The notes: generated from the letters alone by a model not told the origin. Shown: positions 1-9,370, numbered from the stretch's first letter. The stretch is DNA of 64,000 nt from Gemmatimonadota bacterium (GCA_039588295.1 JBDHAB010000019.1:32001-96000); one strand, 5' to 3'. Program-made: numbers and translations.

Positions 1-556
1 CGACTTCATTGGGCTCGGGCTGCAAGGCTTCCAGAACCGGCTCCCCGTGGTGGACGAGTCGTTGGTGTTCTATGCCGGGCTGCTGGGTCCGCAGCAGCGA
101 TCGGCAGAAGCGCTGCAACGTATGCTCGAAGACTACTTCGGGATTCCGGTGGAGGTCGAGCAGTTCATCGGGGGTTGGTATCCGCTGCCGGCCGCAACCC
201 ACTGTACGCTCGGTGAGGAAACGGGCAGCTTCACGCAGCTCGGGCGGGGCGCGGTGGTGGGGGACGCCGTGTGGGATCAGCAGGCTCGCGTTCGGATCAA
301 GCTGGGACCGCTCACGAGAGCCCAGTACGAGGAGTTTCTTCCCGAGAGAGAGGCGTATCTGGCCCTGCGAGCCTTGACGAGATTCTTCAGCGATGACCGC
401 TTTGACTTCGAGGTGCAACTGATCCTGGCCCGCGGCGACGTGCCCGGCTGCACACTCGAGATGGACGACGGCGCCGGCCTGCGGCTTGGCTGGTTCACCT
501 GGATCAGCTCGAAGCCGTTTGCGCATGACCCGGACGATACGATCCTCAGCCTCTAG
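1..556 (+). CDS. tssG: Type VI secretion baseplate subunit TssG (5'-truncated by window edge)
   Basis: Frame open from base 2 (DFIGLGLQG...FYAGLL...RSAEALQRMLEDYFGIPVEVEQFIGGW...LG..VWDQQARVRIKLGPL...LGW.TW), typical of TssG/ImpH; directly upstream of clpV and vgrG. Confidence 0.9.
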   Translation, partial: DFIGLGLQGFQNRLPVVDESLVFYAGLLGPQQRSAEALQRMLEDYFGIPVEVEQFIGGWYPLPAATHCTLGEETGSFTQLGRGAVVGDAVWDQQARVRIKLGPLTRAQYEEFLPEREAYLALRALTRFFSDDRFDFEVQLILARGDVPGCTLEMDDGAGLRLGWFTWISSKPFAHDPDDTILSL

Positions 557-571
557 CGCGAGGGAGCCGCT

Positions 572-3268
572 ATGAATGTCGATCTGCGATCTCTGATTGG
601 AAGACTCAACCATGAGGCGCGAAATGCGATCGAAGCCGCGGCGGGTCTGTGCCTCTCGCGCACGCATTACGACGTCGAAATCGAGCACTACTTGATGAAG
701 GTGTTGGACGCAAGCGACGGGGACGTGGCGTTCATTCTCAAGCACTTCGGGGTGGACCGCTCGCGGCTGGCGAAGGACGTCACGCAGACCCTGGACCGGT
801 TCAAGACGGGCAATGCCCGAACGCCATCGCTGAGTCCCAGTCTCGTCAAGATGCTGTCGGAGGCCTGGCTCCTGGCGTCGGTGGAACATGGGGCGTCGCA
901 ACTCCGCACCGGTCACACCATGCTCGCGCTGGCAGTGAGCGAGGAGCTTCGGCGGCTGGTGCTGGAGACCAGCCGGGAGTTCCAGAAGCTCTCGGGCGAA
1001 GCACTGCGCCAGGACTTCGCGACGATCGTGGGGGAGTCCGTGGAGGAGACGGCGGCAGCCGCGGCACCGGTCGAAGGAGCGCCCCGCCCCGGGGGCAAGA
1101 CGCCCAATCTCGATCAGTTCACCGTCAACCTCACGCAACGGGCCAGGGACGGACACCTGGATGTGGTGCTCGGTCGGGACTTCGAGATACGGCAAGTGGT
1201 GGACATCCTGACTCGGCGACGCCAAAACAATCCGATCTTGGTGGGTGAAGCCGGGGTAGGGAAGACGGCTGTCGTCGAGGGGTTCGCCATGCGGATCGGG
1301 CAGGGGGATGTGCCGCCCGTGCTGAAGAACGTCACGATCCACACACTCGATCTCGCGCTCCTCCAAGCCGGGGCAGGGGTGAAGGGCGAGTTCGAGAATC
1401 GCATCAAGAGCCTTATCGAAGAGGTGCGCTCATCGGAGACGCCCATCATCCTGTTCATCGACGAGGCGCACACGATGATCGGTGCCGGGGGGGCCGCCGG
1501 TCAGGGGGACGCAGCCAACCTGCTCAAGCCGGCGCTCGCCCGCGGTGAGCTCCGAACGATCGCGGCAACGACCTGGTCGGAATACAAGAAGTATTTCGAA
1601 AAAGATCCGGCGTTGGCCCGGCGGTTCCAGTTGGTCAAGGTCGACGAGCCGACGGAGCCGTCCTGCGCCTTGATGATGCGCGGCGTCGCCCCGAGTCTGG
1701 AGAAGCACCATGGGGTGCGGATCCTCGACGACGCAATCGACGCCGCCGTGCGGCTGTCACATCGGTATCTGCCCGATCGACAGCTTCCCGATAAGGCCGT
1801 ATCCGTGCTCGACACCACGTGCGCCCGACTCGCACTTGGGCAGAGTGCGACGCCGGCAGCCATTGAGGACGCGAGGCGTACGCTCGACGACTTGGCGGTC
1901 CAGACCCGAGTGCTCGAGCGGGAGCAGGCAGTGGGCACGGACCATTCGGAGCGGTTGACCAGCCTCGCCGAGCAACGAGCAGAAACGGAGGCGAGACTGA
2001 CGTCCCTCACCGGACAGTGGGAGCAGGAGCGCGAGCTGGTGAAGCGGGTTCGGGAGTTGCGCGGGCAGCTCGAAGCGAGTGTCGCCGAGGAAGCGAAGCC
2101 GGCCAAGAAGAAGAGCGCCAAGAAGGATCTCGCTGCTCTCCGCGACGAGTTGGCAGGACTCACGGCGGAGCTCGACGCATTGCAGGGAGAAGCAGCCCTG
2201 GTGCCCGTAACGGTCGATTCCGACTTGGTGGGACAGGTCATTTCCGGATGGACGGGGATTCCGGTCGGCAAAATGCTGCGAGACGAAGTGGCGACCGTTC
2301 TCCGCCTCGAGGAGCACCTCGGACAACGCATCATCGGGCAGTCGCACGCGCTGGAAGGGATCAGCCAGCGCATTCGCACCTCGCGTGCGGGGAGCGAGGA
2401 TCCGAACAAGCCCGTTGGGGTCTTTATGCTCGTCGGCCCCAGCGGGGTCGGCAAGACCGAGACGGCCCTGGTACTCTCGGACTTGCTGTACGGCGGTGAC
2501 CGCAACCTCATTTCGATCAACATGTCGGAGTTCCAGGAGGCACATACCGTCTCGACGCTCAAGGGGTCGCCTCCCGGGTATGTCGGATACGGTGAAGGTG
2601 GTGTCCTGACGGAGGCGGTGCGGCGGCGGCCGTATTCCGTGGTGTTGTTGGATGAGGTCGAGAAGGCTCACCCAGACGTGCTCGAGCTGTTCTTCCAGGT
2701 CTTTGACAAGGGGGTCATGGAGGACGGCGAGGGTCGGCAGATCGACTTCAAGAACACGATCATCATGTTGACGACCAACGCGGGGACTGAGACGATCATG
2801 ACGCTGACGGCAGATCCGGAGACGATGCCGGATGCCGCCGGGCTCGCCAAGGCCCTGAAACCCGAGCTGAACAAGACCTTCAAGCCGGCGTTCCTTGGCA
2901 GGCTCGTGATTATCCCGTACTTCCCGATCCGTGATGATGCGATGAAGCACATTATCCGGCTCAAGCTCGGCAAGATCGAGCGGCGGCTCGCGGAGACGCA
3001 TCGAGTCACTCTGAAGTACGACGACACCATGATCGACGAAATTGCGGGGCGGTGTACGGAGGTTGAGAGTGGGGCGCGAAATGTCGACAACATCCTCACG
3101 AATACGATGTTGCCCGAGGTTTCTCGGCACTTGCTCGAATCTCTCGCGGAGGGAGCCAAGCTGGACATCATTCGAGTCAGCGTCGGTGACGGCGGCGCGT
3201 TTCAGTACTCGATGGAGTCAGCGGCAGGTGGGAGCAGCCGGGCTGCAGCGACGGGTGCACTCGCCTGA
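572..3268 (+). CDS. tssH: Type VI secretion AAA+ ATPase ClpV/TssH
   Basis: ClpV-type N-terminus (LIGRLN...AAGLCLSRTHYDVEIEH); two Walker A motifs GEAGVGKT and GPSGVGKT; T6SS context. Confidence 0.95.
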   Translation: MNVDLRSLIGRLNHEARNAIEAAAGLCLSRTHYDVEIEHYLMKVLDASDGDVAFILKHFGVDRSRLAKDVTQTLDRFKTGNARTPSLSPSLVKMLSEAWLLASVEHGASQLRTGHTMLALAVSEELRRLVLETSREFQKLSGEALRQDFATIVGESVEETAAAAAPVEGAPRPGGKTPNLDQFTVNLTQRARDGHLDVVLGRDFEIRQVVDILTRRRQNNPILVGEAGVGKTAVVEGFAMRIGQGDVPPVLKNVTIHTLDLALLQAGAGVKGEFENRIKSLIEEVRSSETPIILFIDEAHTMIGAGGAAGQGDAANLLKPALARGELRTIAATTWSEYKKYFEKDPALARRFQLVKVDEPTEPSCALMMRGVAPSLEKHHGVRILDDAIDAAVRLSHRYLPDRQLPDKAVSVLDTTCARLALGQSATPAAIEDARRTLDDLAVQTRVLEREQAVGTDHSERLTSLAEQRAETEARLTSLTGQWEQERELVKRVRELRGQLEASVAEEAKPAKKKSAKKDLAALRDELAGLTAELDALQGEAALVPVTVDSDLVGQVISGWTGIPVGKMLRDEVATVLRLEEHLGQRIIGQSHALEGISQRIRTSRAGSEDPNKPVGVFMLVGPSGVGKTETALVLSDLLYGGDRNLISINMSEFQEAHTVSTLKGSPPGYVGYGEGGVLTEAVRRRPYSVVLLDEVEKAHPDVLELFFQVFDKGVMEDGEGRQIDFKNTIIMLTTNAGTETIMTLTADPETMPDAAGLAKALKPELNKTFKPAFLGRLVIIPYFPIRDDAMKHIIRLKLGKIERRLAETHRVTLKYDDTMIDEIAGRCTEVESGARNVDNILTNTMLPEVSRHLLESLAEGAKLDIIRVSVGDGGAFQYSMESAAGGSSRAAATGALA

Positions 3269-3307
3269 CCGACGCATCACCACATTTGGCAAGGAACGAG
3301 GCAGCGT

Positions 3308-5281
3308 ATGCCGGAGTACTCTCAGGCCAATCGCCCCATCCGAGTCGAGACCGCGCTAGGCGAAGACGTGCTGCTGTTGGAGGCATTCTCCGGTGAGGAG
3401 CGTGTCTCCGCGCCGTATGCGTTCACGCTCGAGCTGGTGTCGCAGGATGCCGCCATAGAGCCGGTGAAGGTACTGCGGTCTCCGGCAGCAGTCATGATTG
3501 ACTTACCCAACGGGGAGAAACGTGCCATCCACGGGTTGATCAGTCGGTTCGTGCAGCTGGGACAGACTGGAGGCGCGGACCTGACTGCGTATCGTGCGGA
3601 GTTGGTTCCGTGGCTCTGGTTTCTCTCTCTGTCGTCCGACTGCAAGGTCTTCCAGAACATGACCGTTCTCGAGATCGTGGAGCAGGTGTTCAAGGACCTG
3701 GGTTACTCCGATTTCGAGATCAAGTGCGTGAAGAGCCACCCCAAGCGAGAGTTCTGTGTCCAGTATCGGGAAACGCATCTGAACTTCGTGTCTCGGCTGT
3801 TAGAGGAAGAGGGCATCTTCTACTTCTTCAACCACACGAGCTCCAAGCATGTGTTGACCCTGGCCGACGACGTCAGCGCCGTCAAACCGTGTCCCGGCCA
3901 GGCGGCCGCGCGGATGGCGGTGAAGTCGGGTGGGTGGCAGGAGGAGGACGTCGTCACGGCGGTCGAGCGGGAACATGCAGCGTATATCGGGAAGGTCACC
4001 CTCCGCGAATTCGACTATCTGCAACCGTCACTTCGATTGGAAAGCTCGGTGTCTGGCGACGGGCACGGGGAGATCTACGACTACACGTTTCCGGGGAACT
4101 TCAAGTCGCCAGACACCGGTGATCAATTGGCACGCCTGCAACTCGAGGAACAGGAGCAGTGGCATGAGGTCGTGCGAGGTGACGGCACGTGCCGCTCATT
4201 TCAGAGCGGCTGCCGCTTCGACCTCAAGGAGCACTACCGAGGTGAGGTGAATCAAGCGTACCAGTTGCTGCGAGTCCACCATGCGGCTCGAACGGGGGGC
4301 TACCGCTCCCGGACCGAAGACGAGTTCGACTATCGCAACGGCTTCGTCGCAATTCCGCACACCGTGCCATTTCGCCCACCGCGCATCACGCCGAAGCCGG
4401 TGGTCCAGGGCTCGCAGACGGCGCTGGTGGTGGGGAAGGCGGGCGAGGAGATCTGGGTGGACAAGCATGGCCGGGTGAAGGTGCAGTTCCACTGGGATCG
4501 GGACGGCAAGAAGGACGAGAACAGCTCGTGCTGGGTCCGCGTGTCGAGCACCTGGGCTGGCAAGGGGTGGGGCTTCGTGCAGATACCGCGTATCGGGCAG
4601 GAGGTGATCGTCGATTTCCTCGAAGGTGACCCGGACATGCCCATCATCACCGGCCGAGTCTACAATGCCGAACAGGTGCCGCCGTATGCCCTGCCGGCGA
4701 ATCAGACCCAGAGCGGGGCCAAGTCACGCAGCTCTAAAGGCGGTGGCACGGACAACTTCAATGAGCTCCGGTTCGAGGACAAGAAGGGAAGTGAGGAAGT
4801 CTACCTGCAGGCCGAAAAGGACCTCACAGCCAAGGTCAAGAATGACGCGTCGGCGCAGATCGGCAACGACCGCACGGTCGTCATCCAGAACAACGACACC
4901 TTGACCGTGGAGAAGGGAGACCAGGCCGTCGACATCAAGATGGGCGACCAGACGATCACCTTGGGCCAAGGGAATCAGAACATCGTCATCAAGATGGGCG
5001 ATCAGAATACCCAGGTTGACATGGGGAACATGAGCACCAAAGTGTCAATGGGTAACATCTCCACCAAGGCCGATCTCGGTGCGGTGGCCGTAGAGGGGAT
5101 GCAGGGAATCGAGTTCAAAGTTGGGGGGAGCAGCGTGAAGATCGATCAGATGGGAGTGACCATGAAAGGCATGATGGTCAAGATAGAAGGCCAGGTTCAG
5201 ACCGACGTCAAGGGTCTGATGACCAACATCAACGGCGACGCCATGCTGAAGGTCAAGGGTGGCATAACCATGATCAACTAG
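3308..5281 (+). CDS. vgrG: Type VI secretion spike protein VgrG/TssI
   Basis: CVQYRETHLNFVSRLLEEEGIFYFF, GRVKVQFHWDR, PRIGQEVIVDFLEGDPDMPII, NELRFED motifs; gp5-like beta-helical C-terminus; no effector extension. Confidence 0.95.
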   Translation: MPEYSQANRPIRVETALGEDVLLLEAFSGEERVSAPYAFTLELVSQDAAIEPVKVLRSPAAVMIDLPNGEKRAIHGLISRFVQLGQTGGADLTAYRAELVPWLWFLSLSSDCKVFQNMTVLEIVEQVFKDLGYSDFEIKCVKSHPKREFCVQYRETHLNFVSRLLEEEGIFYFFNHTSSKHVLTLADDVSAVKPCPGQAAARMAVKSGGWQEEDVVTAVEREHAAYIGKVTLREFDYLQPSLRLESSVSGDGHGEIYDYTFPGNFKSPDTGDQLARLQLEEQEQWHEVVRGDGTCRSFQSGCRFDLKEHYRGEVNQAYQLLRVHHAARTGGYRSRTEDEFDYRNGFVAIPHTVPFRPPRITPKPVVQGSQTALVVGKAGEEIWVDKHGRVKVQFHWDRDGKKDENSSCWVRVSSTWAGKGWGFVQIPRIGQEVIVDFLEGDPDMPIITGRVYNAEQVPPYALPANQTQSGAKSRSSKGGGTDNFNELRFEDKKGSEEVYLQAEKDLTAKVKNDASAQIGNDRTVVIQNNDTLTVEKGDQAVDIKMGDQTITLGQGNQNIVIKMGDQNTQVDMGNMSTKVSMGNISTKADLGAVAVEGMQGIEFKVGGSSVKIDQMGVTMKGMMVKIEGQVQTDVKGLMTNINGDAMLKVKGGITMIN

Positions 5282-5283
5282 CG

Positions 5284-5886
5284 ATGAGCGATACACCGCC
5301 AATGCTCCGTTCGGGACGGACGGTCGCGGAAATCTGTGGGGCTTCGGAGTTGAGCGACGAGGCCTTGACGCTGCTCGCGGACCGTCAGGTACCCAAGGAG
5401 TATGTCGAGCTCTTGATGGAGCAGGAGCTCTATCCCGACGCGGTTCGGTTTCTGGCGCATGCGCTGCCCAAGCGGGAGGCCGTGTGGTGGGCGTGGGTGT
5501 GTGCGCGGCGGGCCGCGGGCGAAGAGCCGCCGGATGATATTCAGGCGGTGCTCGAGGCAACCAGGCAGTGGATTGCCGAGCCGACGGACGGGCATCGGCG
5601 TGCCGCCATGGAACTGGCCGAGCAAGTCGGGTTCGACAAACCGGCCGGGTCTGCCGCGCTCGCAGCGTTCTTCAGCGGAGAGTCCCTTGCCCCCGCTGAT
5701 GTCGAGCAGCCCGTGCCACCCGGAGAATACATGGCGGCCAAAGCCATCACAGGGTGCATTCTGTTGGCGACCGTTGGCACGGAGCCGGAAAGAGCGGGGG
5801 AGAAGTTCCAGGACTTCGTGCAGCAGGGGATGGAGGTGGCGGAGAAGATCGAACTGTGGAAGCCGCCGGAGGAGTCACGCGGATGA
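5284..5886 (+). CDS. DUF6931-like T6SS-associated protein
   Basis: DAVRFLAHALPKREAVWWAWVC and AAFFSG.SLAP motifs match a family I recall sitting between vgrG and PAAR; starts 2 nt after the vgrG stop. Confidence 0.7.
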   Translation: MSDTPPMLRSGRTVAEICGASELSDEALTLLADRQVPKEYVELLMEQELYPDAVRFLAHALPKREAVWWAWVCARRAAGEEPPDDIQAVLEATRQWIAEPTDGHRRAAMELAEQVGFDKPAGSAALAAFFSGESLAPADVEQPVPPGEYMAAKAITGCILLATVGTEPERAGEKFQDFVQQGMEVAEKIELWKPPEESRG

Positions 5887-5918
5887 TTCGCTCTCGGACA
5901 CAGACGAGGTAGACGGCA

Positions 5919-6215
5919 ATGGGATTCCCAGCCGCTAGAGTGGCCGATATGCACGTGTGTCCCATGGTGACCCCGCCAGCCATTCCGCACGTCGGAGGAC
6001 CCATCCTCCCACCCGGGTGCGTGCTAGTGCTGATCGGCGGAATGCCGGCGGCGCGGCTGGGGGACATGGCCACGTGCGTCGGCCCGCCGGATGTGATCGT
6101 CAAGGGTTCGCCGACCGTGCTGATCGGTGGCATGCCCGCGGCCCGAATGCTGGACATGACGGTGCATGGCGGGACAATCGTCTCTGGGTTCCCGATGGTG
6201 TTGATCGGGCCGTGA
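5919..6215 (+). CDS. PAAR domain spike-tip protein
   Basis: Three PAAR motifs, with His/Cys metal-ligand candidates (HVCP, PH, VHG). Confidence 0.92.
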   Translation: MGFPAARVADMHVCPMVTPPAIPHVGGPILPPGCVLVLIGGMPAARLGDMATCVGPPDVIVKGSPTVLIGGMPAARMLDMTVHGGTIVSGFPMVLIGP

Positions 6216-6291
6216 CCTCCCTACGCCAGGGACCCTCCAATCGGCCCTCACCGTTTCGCCGGAGATAGCAGTCGGCCAAGTAGAGCTGAAT

Positions 6292-7113
6292 ATGTCCCTG
6301 CCAAGCACGATTCGAGACGTGGGTCGCGGTGTAGTTGGATTGACGCGTAGACCCAAGACGACACCCGGGGGTCTTGGCATGTGTGATGAGTTTGCCGGCT
6401 CTCGCAAAGGTACTCTCGTTGCGCAGGCCGCATCTCCGTTAGGGATTCGAGTCCTCGCGGAGTTTGACAAAGAGAATGGTGTCATCTGGGCAAACGAAGC
6501 CCTGCTGCAAGCAATGGCAAGGGCACGCAGTACTGGAACAAAACTGAGCGAGGCCAACGTCGCAACGCTCACCCATGAATTTGCTCATGTGTTGGACTAT
6601 GAGGATATCTTCGAAAAATTCAAAGACAGAGGGAGAATTACTGCCGAGTTAGCGGAAATCGCTTCTGCGTTACGAACCCGGCTGGCCGAAAAGGTGAACA
6701 ACACGACGGAAGTCCAGTTTATGCAACACTATCTCGCCAAGGAGAGGTCCGCGGAAGAGTATGCGAAGAAGATTACTGCAGAGCTCAGAGGGTATCATGG
6801 CAGCCTACGAGCATTCTGGGTGAGCCAAGCCCTGGATACATGGGCTCATAACACCAAAACAACGTATGAAGAGGATGCCCGCGGTACCTATAGGAGAATA
6901 AAAAGGCAACTTAAGGAACTCGGTAACTCTCCGTCGAAAGTGGCAGCCGAAGCGGAGAAGAAGAAGAAGTACAGACAAAAATTGCTGCCCGTTTATACAA
7001 TCGTCGATATCTTCCCTGGAAGAGAGGAGTCTCTCACGTTACACAACCTGTTGGAGATGATAAGCGAATACCATGTGGTGATAGTAGTATCGGTGCCTAT
7101 TGAATCGAGGTAG
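6292..7113 (+). CDS. Putative zincin (HExxH) metallopeptidase, candidate T6SS effector
   Basis: 273-aa ORF containing THEFAHVLD; lower GC (28/60 G+C in bases 6841-6900); immediately downstream of PAAR. Confidence 0.55.
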   Translation: MSLPSTIRDVGRGVVGLTRRPKTTPGGLGMCDEFAGSRKGTLVAQAASPLGIRVLAEFDKENGVIWANEALLQAMARARSTGTKLSEANVATLTHEFAHVLDYEDIFEKFKDRGRITAELAEIASALRTRLAEKVNNTTEVQFMQHYLAKERSAEEYAKKITAELRGYHGSLRAFWVSQALDTWAHNTKTTYEEDARGTYRRIKRQLKELGNSPSKVAAEAEKKKKYRQKLLPVYTIVDIFPGREESLTLHNLLEMISEYHVVIVVSVPIESR

Positions 7114-7189
7114 AAGAAGGGCTCGTTTCCGTATCGCGTCTGCGATCGAGTGGCGCTCGCATGCGCAATTGCAGGAGGCCGGAGCAATC

Positions 7190-7399
7190 ATGTCAATCTG
7201 GACTCGAATCTTCAGGAAAGTGGCCGACCCCCGGAACCAGCTGGGCCCGCGACGAGAGGAGCGACGAGAGGAGCGTCCGTGCTCTCCGACGCCTCCACGA
7301 GATCCTGAGCCGGTCCATCCTCCGGAAGCCGAATGCGCAACGGGGCCCGATCCCCGAATTCGTGCCCACCGGCCGGGGCGCCGCGGGAAGCTGCGGTAG
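7190..7399 (+). CDS. Small hypothetical protein (69 aa)
   Basis: ATG at 7190 preceded by AGGAGG/GGAG; MSIWTRIFRKV...; contains an in-frame 12-bp duplication. Confidence 0.35.
   Translation: MSIWTRIFRKVADPRNQLGPRREERREERPCSPTPPRDPEPVHPPEAECATGPDPRIRAHRPGRRGKLR
7249..7275. repeat. 12-bp tandem duplication GCGACGAGAGGA x2 plus GCG
   Basis: Read directly from sequence. Confidence 0.8.
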
Positions 7400-7456
7400 C
7401 GGATTACTCCGCTTGCGGTCGCCGCCGGGTTCCCGAGGTCGCTCAGCGTCGCTCGG

Positions 7457-7828
7457 TCAAGTGCGGTCGTCGAAGGCCGCGAGATATGGCTGGTCCCAGG
7501 CGATGTCGAAGCGCTGGCAGCAGTCGTCGCAGCGCATCGCCTGCGGCCGCCCGATCGGGAGTTGCCGGTAGCGGCAGCTGGGGCACACCGCATAGCCCTT
7601 GGCCCAACGGGCCGGTATCACGGCCGAGTTGCGGGCACGTGACACGATGGTCCATTGGGCCGGCCGAGTGGCAACGAGCTCCAAGTGGCGGAGCGGTAAG
7701 GACCGCGGCTTTCCGTGCACGTCGAGCAAGACCTCTGTACGTCCCAGCGCCACGGTCCGGTACCACGCGCCTCGGCGCAGGCCGCAGTCGACATCCTCGC
7801 GCAGACGCGCCCATTGTGCGACGGGCAA
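7457..7828 (-). CDS. Hypothetical protein with C-terminal Zn-ribbon (CPSC...CDDC)
   Basis: QWARLREDVDCGLRRGAWY...YAVCPSC...CDDC; probable TTG start at 7828 with GGAG/GAGG upstream (ORF is open to 7900). Confidence 0.6.
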   Translation of the reverse strand: MPVAQWARLREDVDCGLRRGAWYRTVALGRTEVLLDVHGKPRSLPLRHLELVATRPAQWTIVSRARNSAVIPARWAKGYAVCPSCRYRQLPIGRPQAMRCDDCCQRFDIAWDQPYLAAFDDRT

Positions 7829-7914
7829 AGCCTCAGTCTCCAGTCGAGAACAACTTCCAATTGAGCCGGTGGTGGACGGTAAGGCGGTGGGATACGTCAC
7901 ACAATACGTGGAAC

Positions 7915-8075
7915 GCGCACCCCTCGCTGCCGCCGCCGAGCGTTGCCAGAGACGAGCGTTGCCAGAGACGAGCGTGTGCGCAGGAATTGTCAGGAGGGCG
8001 AAAGCGAAGCAGGCGGATAGTCACTCAGGCAAACGGTATTGAAGGCTTCCGTGTCGGCCTTTCGCCCTCCTCACT
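7915..8075 (-). ncRNA. Candidate sigma-54-driven structured RNA or leader, copy 1
   Basis: 13-bp perfect stem 7992-8004/8059-8071; shares multiple blocks with 12019-12156; sigma-54 box sits at the same spacing upstream in both copies. Confidence 0.6.
7937..7975. repeat. 16-bp tandem repeat CGAGCGTTGCCAGAGA x2.4
   Basis: Units at 7937-7952 and 7953-7968, partial unit at 7969-7975. Confidence 0.85.
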
Positions 8076-8085
8076 CAACGAGTGA

Positions 8086-8101
8086 TGCAAGAGCCACGCC
8101 A
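8086..8101 (-). promoter_or_regulatory. Sigma-54 (-24/-12) promoter TGGCGTGGCTCTTGCA
   Basis: GG-N10-GC with TGGC and TTGCA matching the RpoN consensus; predicted +1 near 8075. Confidence 0.65.
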
Positions 8102-8368
8102 AAGTGGCGTCCTCTGAGGTGTCAGCGTCGATGCTCGTGGTTGCGAATCTCGGTGGGAAGCACGGTGCCCCGACCGAGATACTTGGATATCACCCGTCCG
8201 TGGGGCTCCAAACGCGGTGTTCTGTCTGGAACGTGGGAATCCTTGACGTGAAGCCAAGGACGCCGAGGCACCGCACCTGTACGACCCCCACGCCACCGTA
8301 GAGTTCCCGCCGGAATGACCGCGACCTCCTCGCCTCGACCCCACGGTCGGACTAGCTTGCGGTGAGCC

Positions 8369-9037
8369 ATGCGCGACCCATCAAATCGCCTCAGGACCAG
8401 TCTCTTTGTGGCCATCGTCGTCAGCGGGTCCGCGGTCACCGTGAGCGCCGCATCCGCCCAGCGCGAGGTGCACGGCACGATCCTCACGTCGCCTGTCATG
8501 CCGGTTGCGCGTCTTGCGCTCGACTCGACGCTGTCGTACGTCGGGACCCAAACCGTCATGCTGTCGCCCACCACGCGGGCGGAGCAACACTTCTTCGTCG
8601 AATCCGACCGCGGTCGGGTCAAGCGGCTCTATTGGGTCCAGTTCGAAGGGAAGCTGGAGGGCCGAGGCCGGCCCTACGACTATTCGAACGATCCCACGAT
8701 CGAATTCGCCGGACAGGTGTTTCACACGAACCACCGGTTCTATCCCACGAGCGGATTCGCCGGGCGTGCCGGATCGGACGGAGACCACGCGCAGCAGCTC
8801 CTGGAGCGAGCGGGGTTGACCCTCGGCACCGACCTGATGCGGGTTCGGCTTGTCTGGTTACTGGACGACCCACCACGGAACGAGCTGATGATCATCTACC
8901 TCGAAGATTTGGCCGATCACGGGCTCACCGTGGTCGACCTGAGGAAGGAGCCGGAGCGTTGGGCGGACGTTGCGACAGGCCTCCGGCGGCGTGCGTTACA
9001 CGGCATGCGACTCGTTGCCACGCAACGTCGGCGGTAA
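8369..9037 (+). CDS. Hypothetical secreted protein
   Basis: Signal-peptide-like N-terminus ending ASA-Q; normal codon pattern. Confidence 0.7.
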   Translation: MRDPSNRLRTSLFVAIVVSGSAVTVSAASAQREVHGTILTSPVMPVARLALDSTLSYVGTQTVMLSPTTRAEQHFFVESDRGRVKRLYWVQFEGKLEGRGRPYDYSNDPTIEFAGQVFHTNHRFYPTSGFAGRAGSDGDHAQQLLERAGLTLGTDLMRVRLVWLLDDPPRNELMIIYLEDLADHGLTVVDLRKEPERWADVATGLRRRALHGMRLVATQRRR

Positions 9038-9052
9038 CCGGACTCCGCACGG

Positions 9053-9370
9053 ATGGTTGGCCTCATCGTGGCTATCGGTTTTGCCGTGCTGTTCCATCGC
9101 ATGGCGGCGTATGAACGCTTGTCTCCGTGGATGTGGGCCGCGGCCAGCTTCGCGCTTTCAATGGTCGTCCTGCTCGTCATGGGCTTCGCACCGGTCCTCT
9201 TCGCACAGGTGGCCCTGTACGGAGTGATGTGGTGGTACAACGCACGGAAGGGCGGCAGACGCGAGCAGGATTGGGCGGCGAGGCGCGAGGAGCAACATCA
9301 CATCGAAGAGGAGCGGTGGCGCCGCGCGCAAGAGGAAATCCAGCGCGATCGCAAGCGACGCGAACGGTGA
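9053..9370 (+). CDS. Small membrane protein with charged C-terminal tail
   Basis: About three hydrophobic segments followed by an E/R-rich helix; 15 nt after the upstream stop. Confidence 0.65.
   Translation: MVGLIVAIGFAVLFHRMAAYERLSPWMWAAASFALSMVVLLVMGFAPVLFAQVALYGVMWWYNARKGGRREQDWAARREEQHHIEEERWRRAQEEIQRDRKRRER

Noticed and set aside
7249..7975. Short repeats as a CRISPR array
   Set aside because: They are adjacent tandem duplications of 12 and 16 bp with no spacers and no cas genes.
7991..8040. Plus-strand resemblance to a glycine riboswitch (GGAG...GAAG...CTCAGGCAAA) or a c-di-GMP-I riboswitch (GGCAAAC)
   Set aside because: The required pairings are absent, these bases are not kept in copy 2, and the sigma-54 box points to the minus strand.
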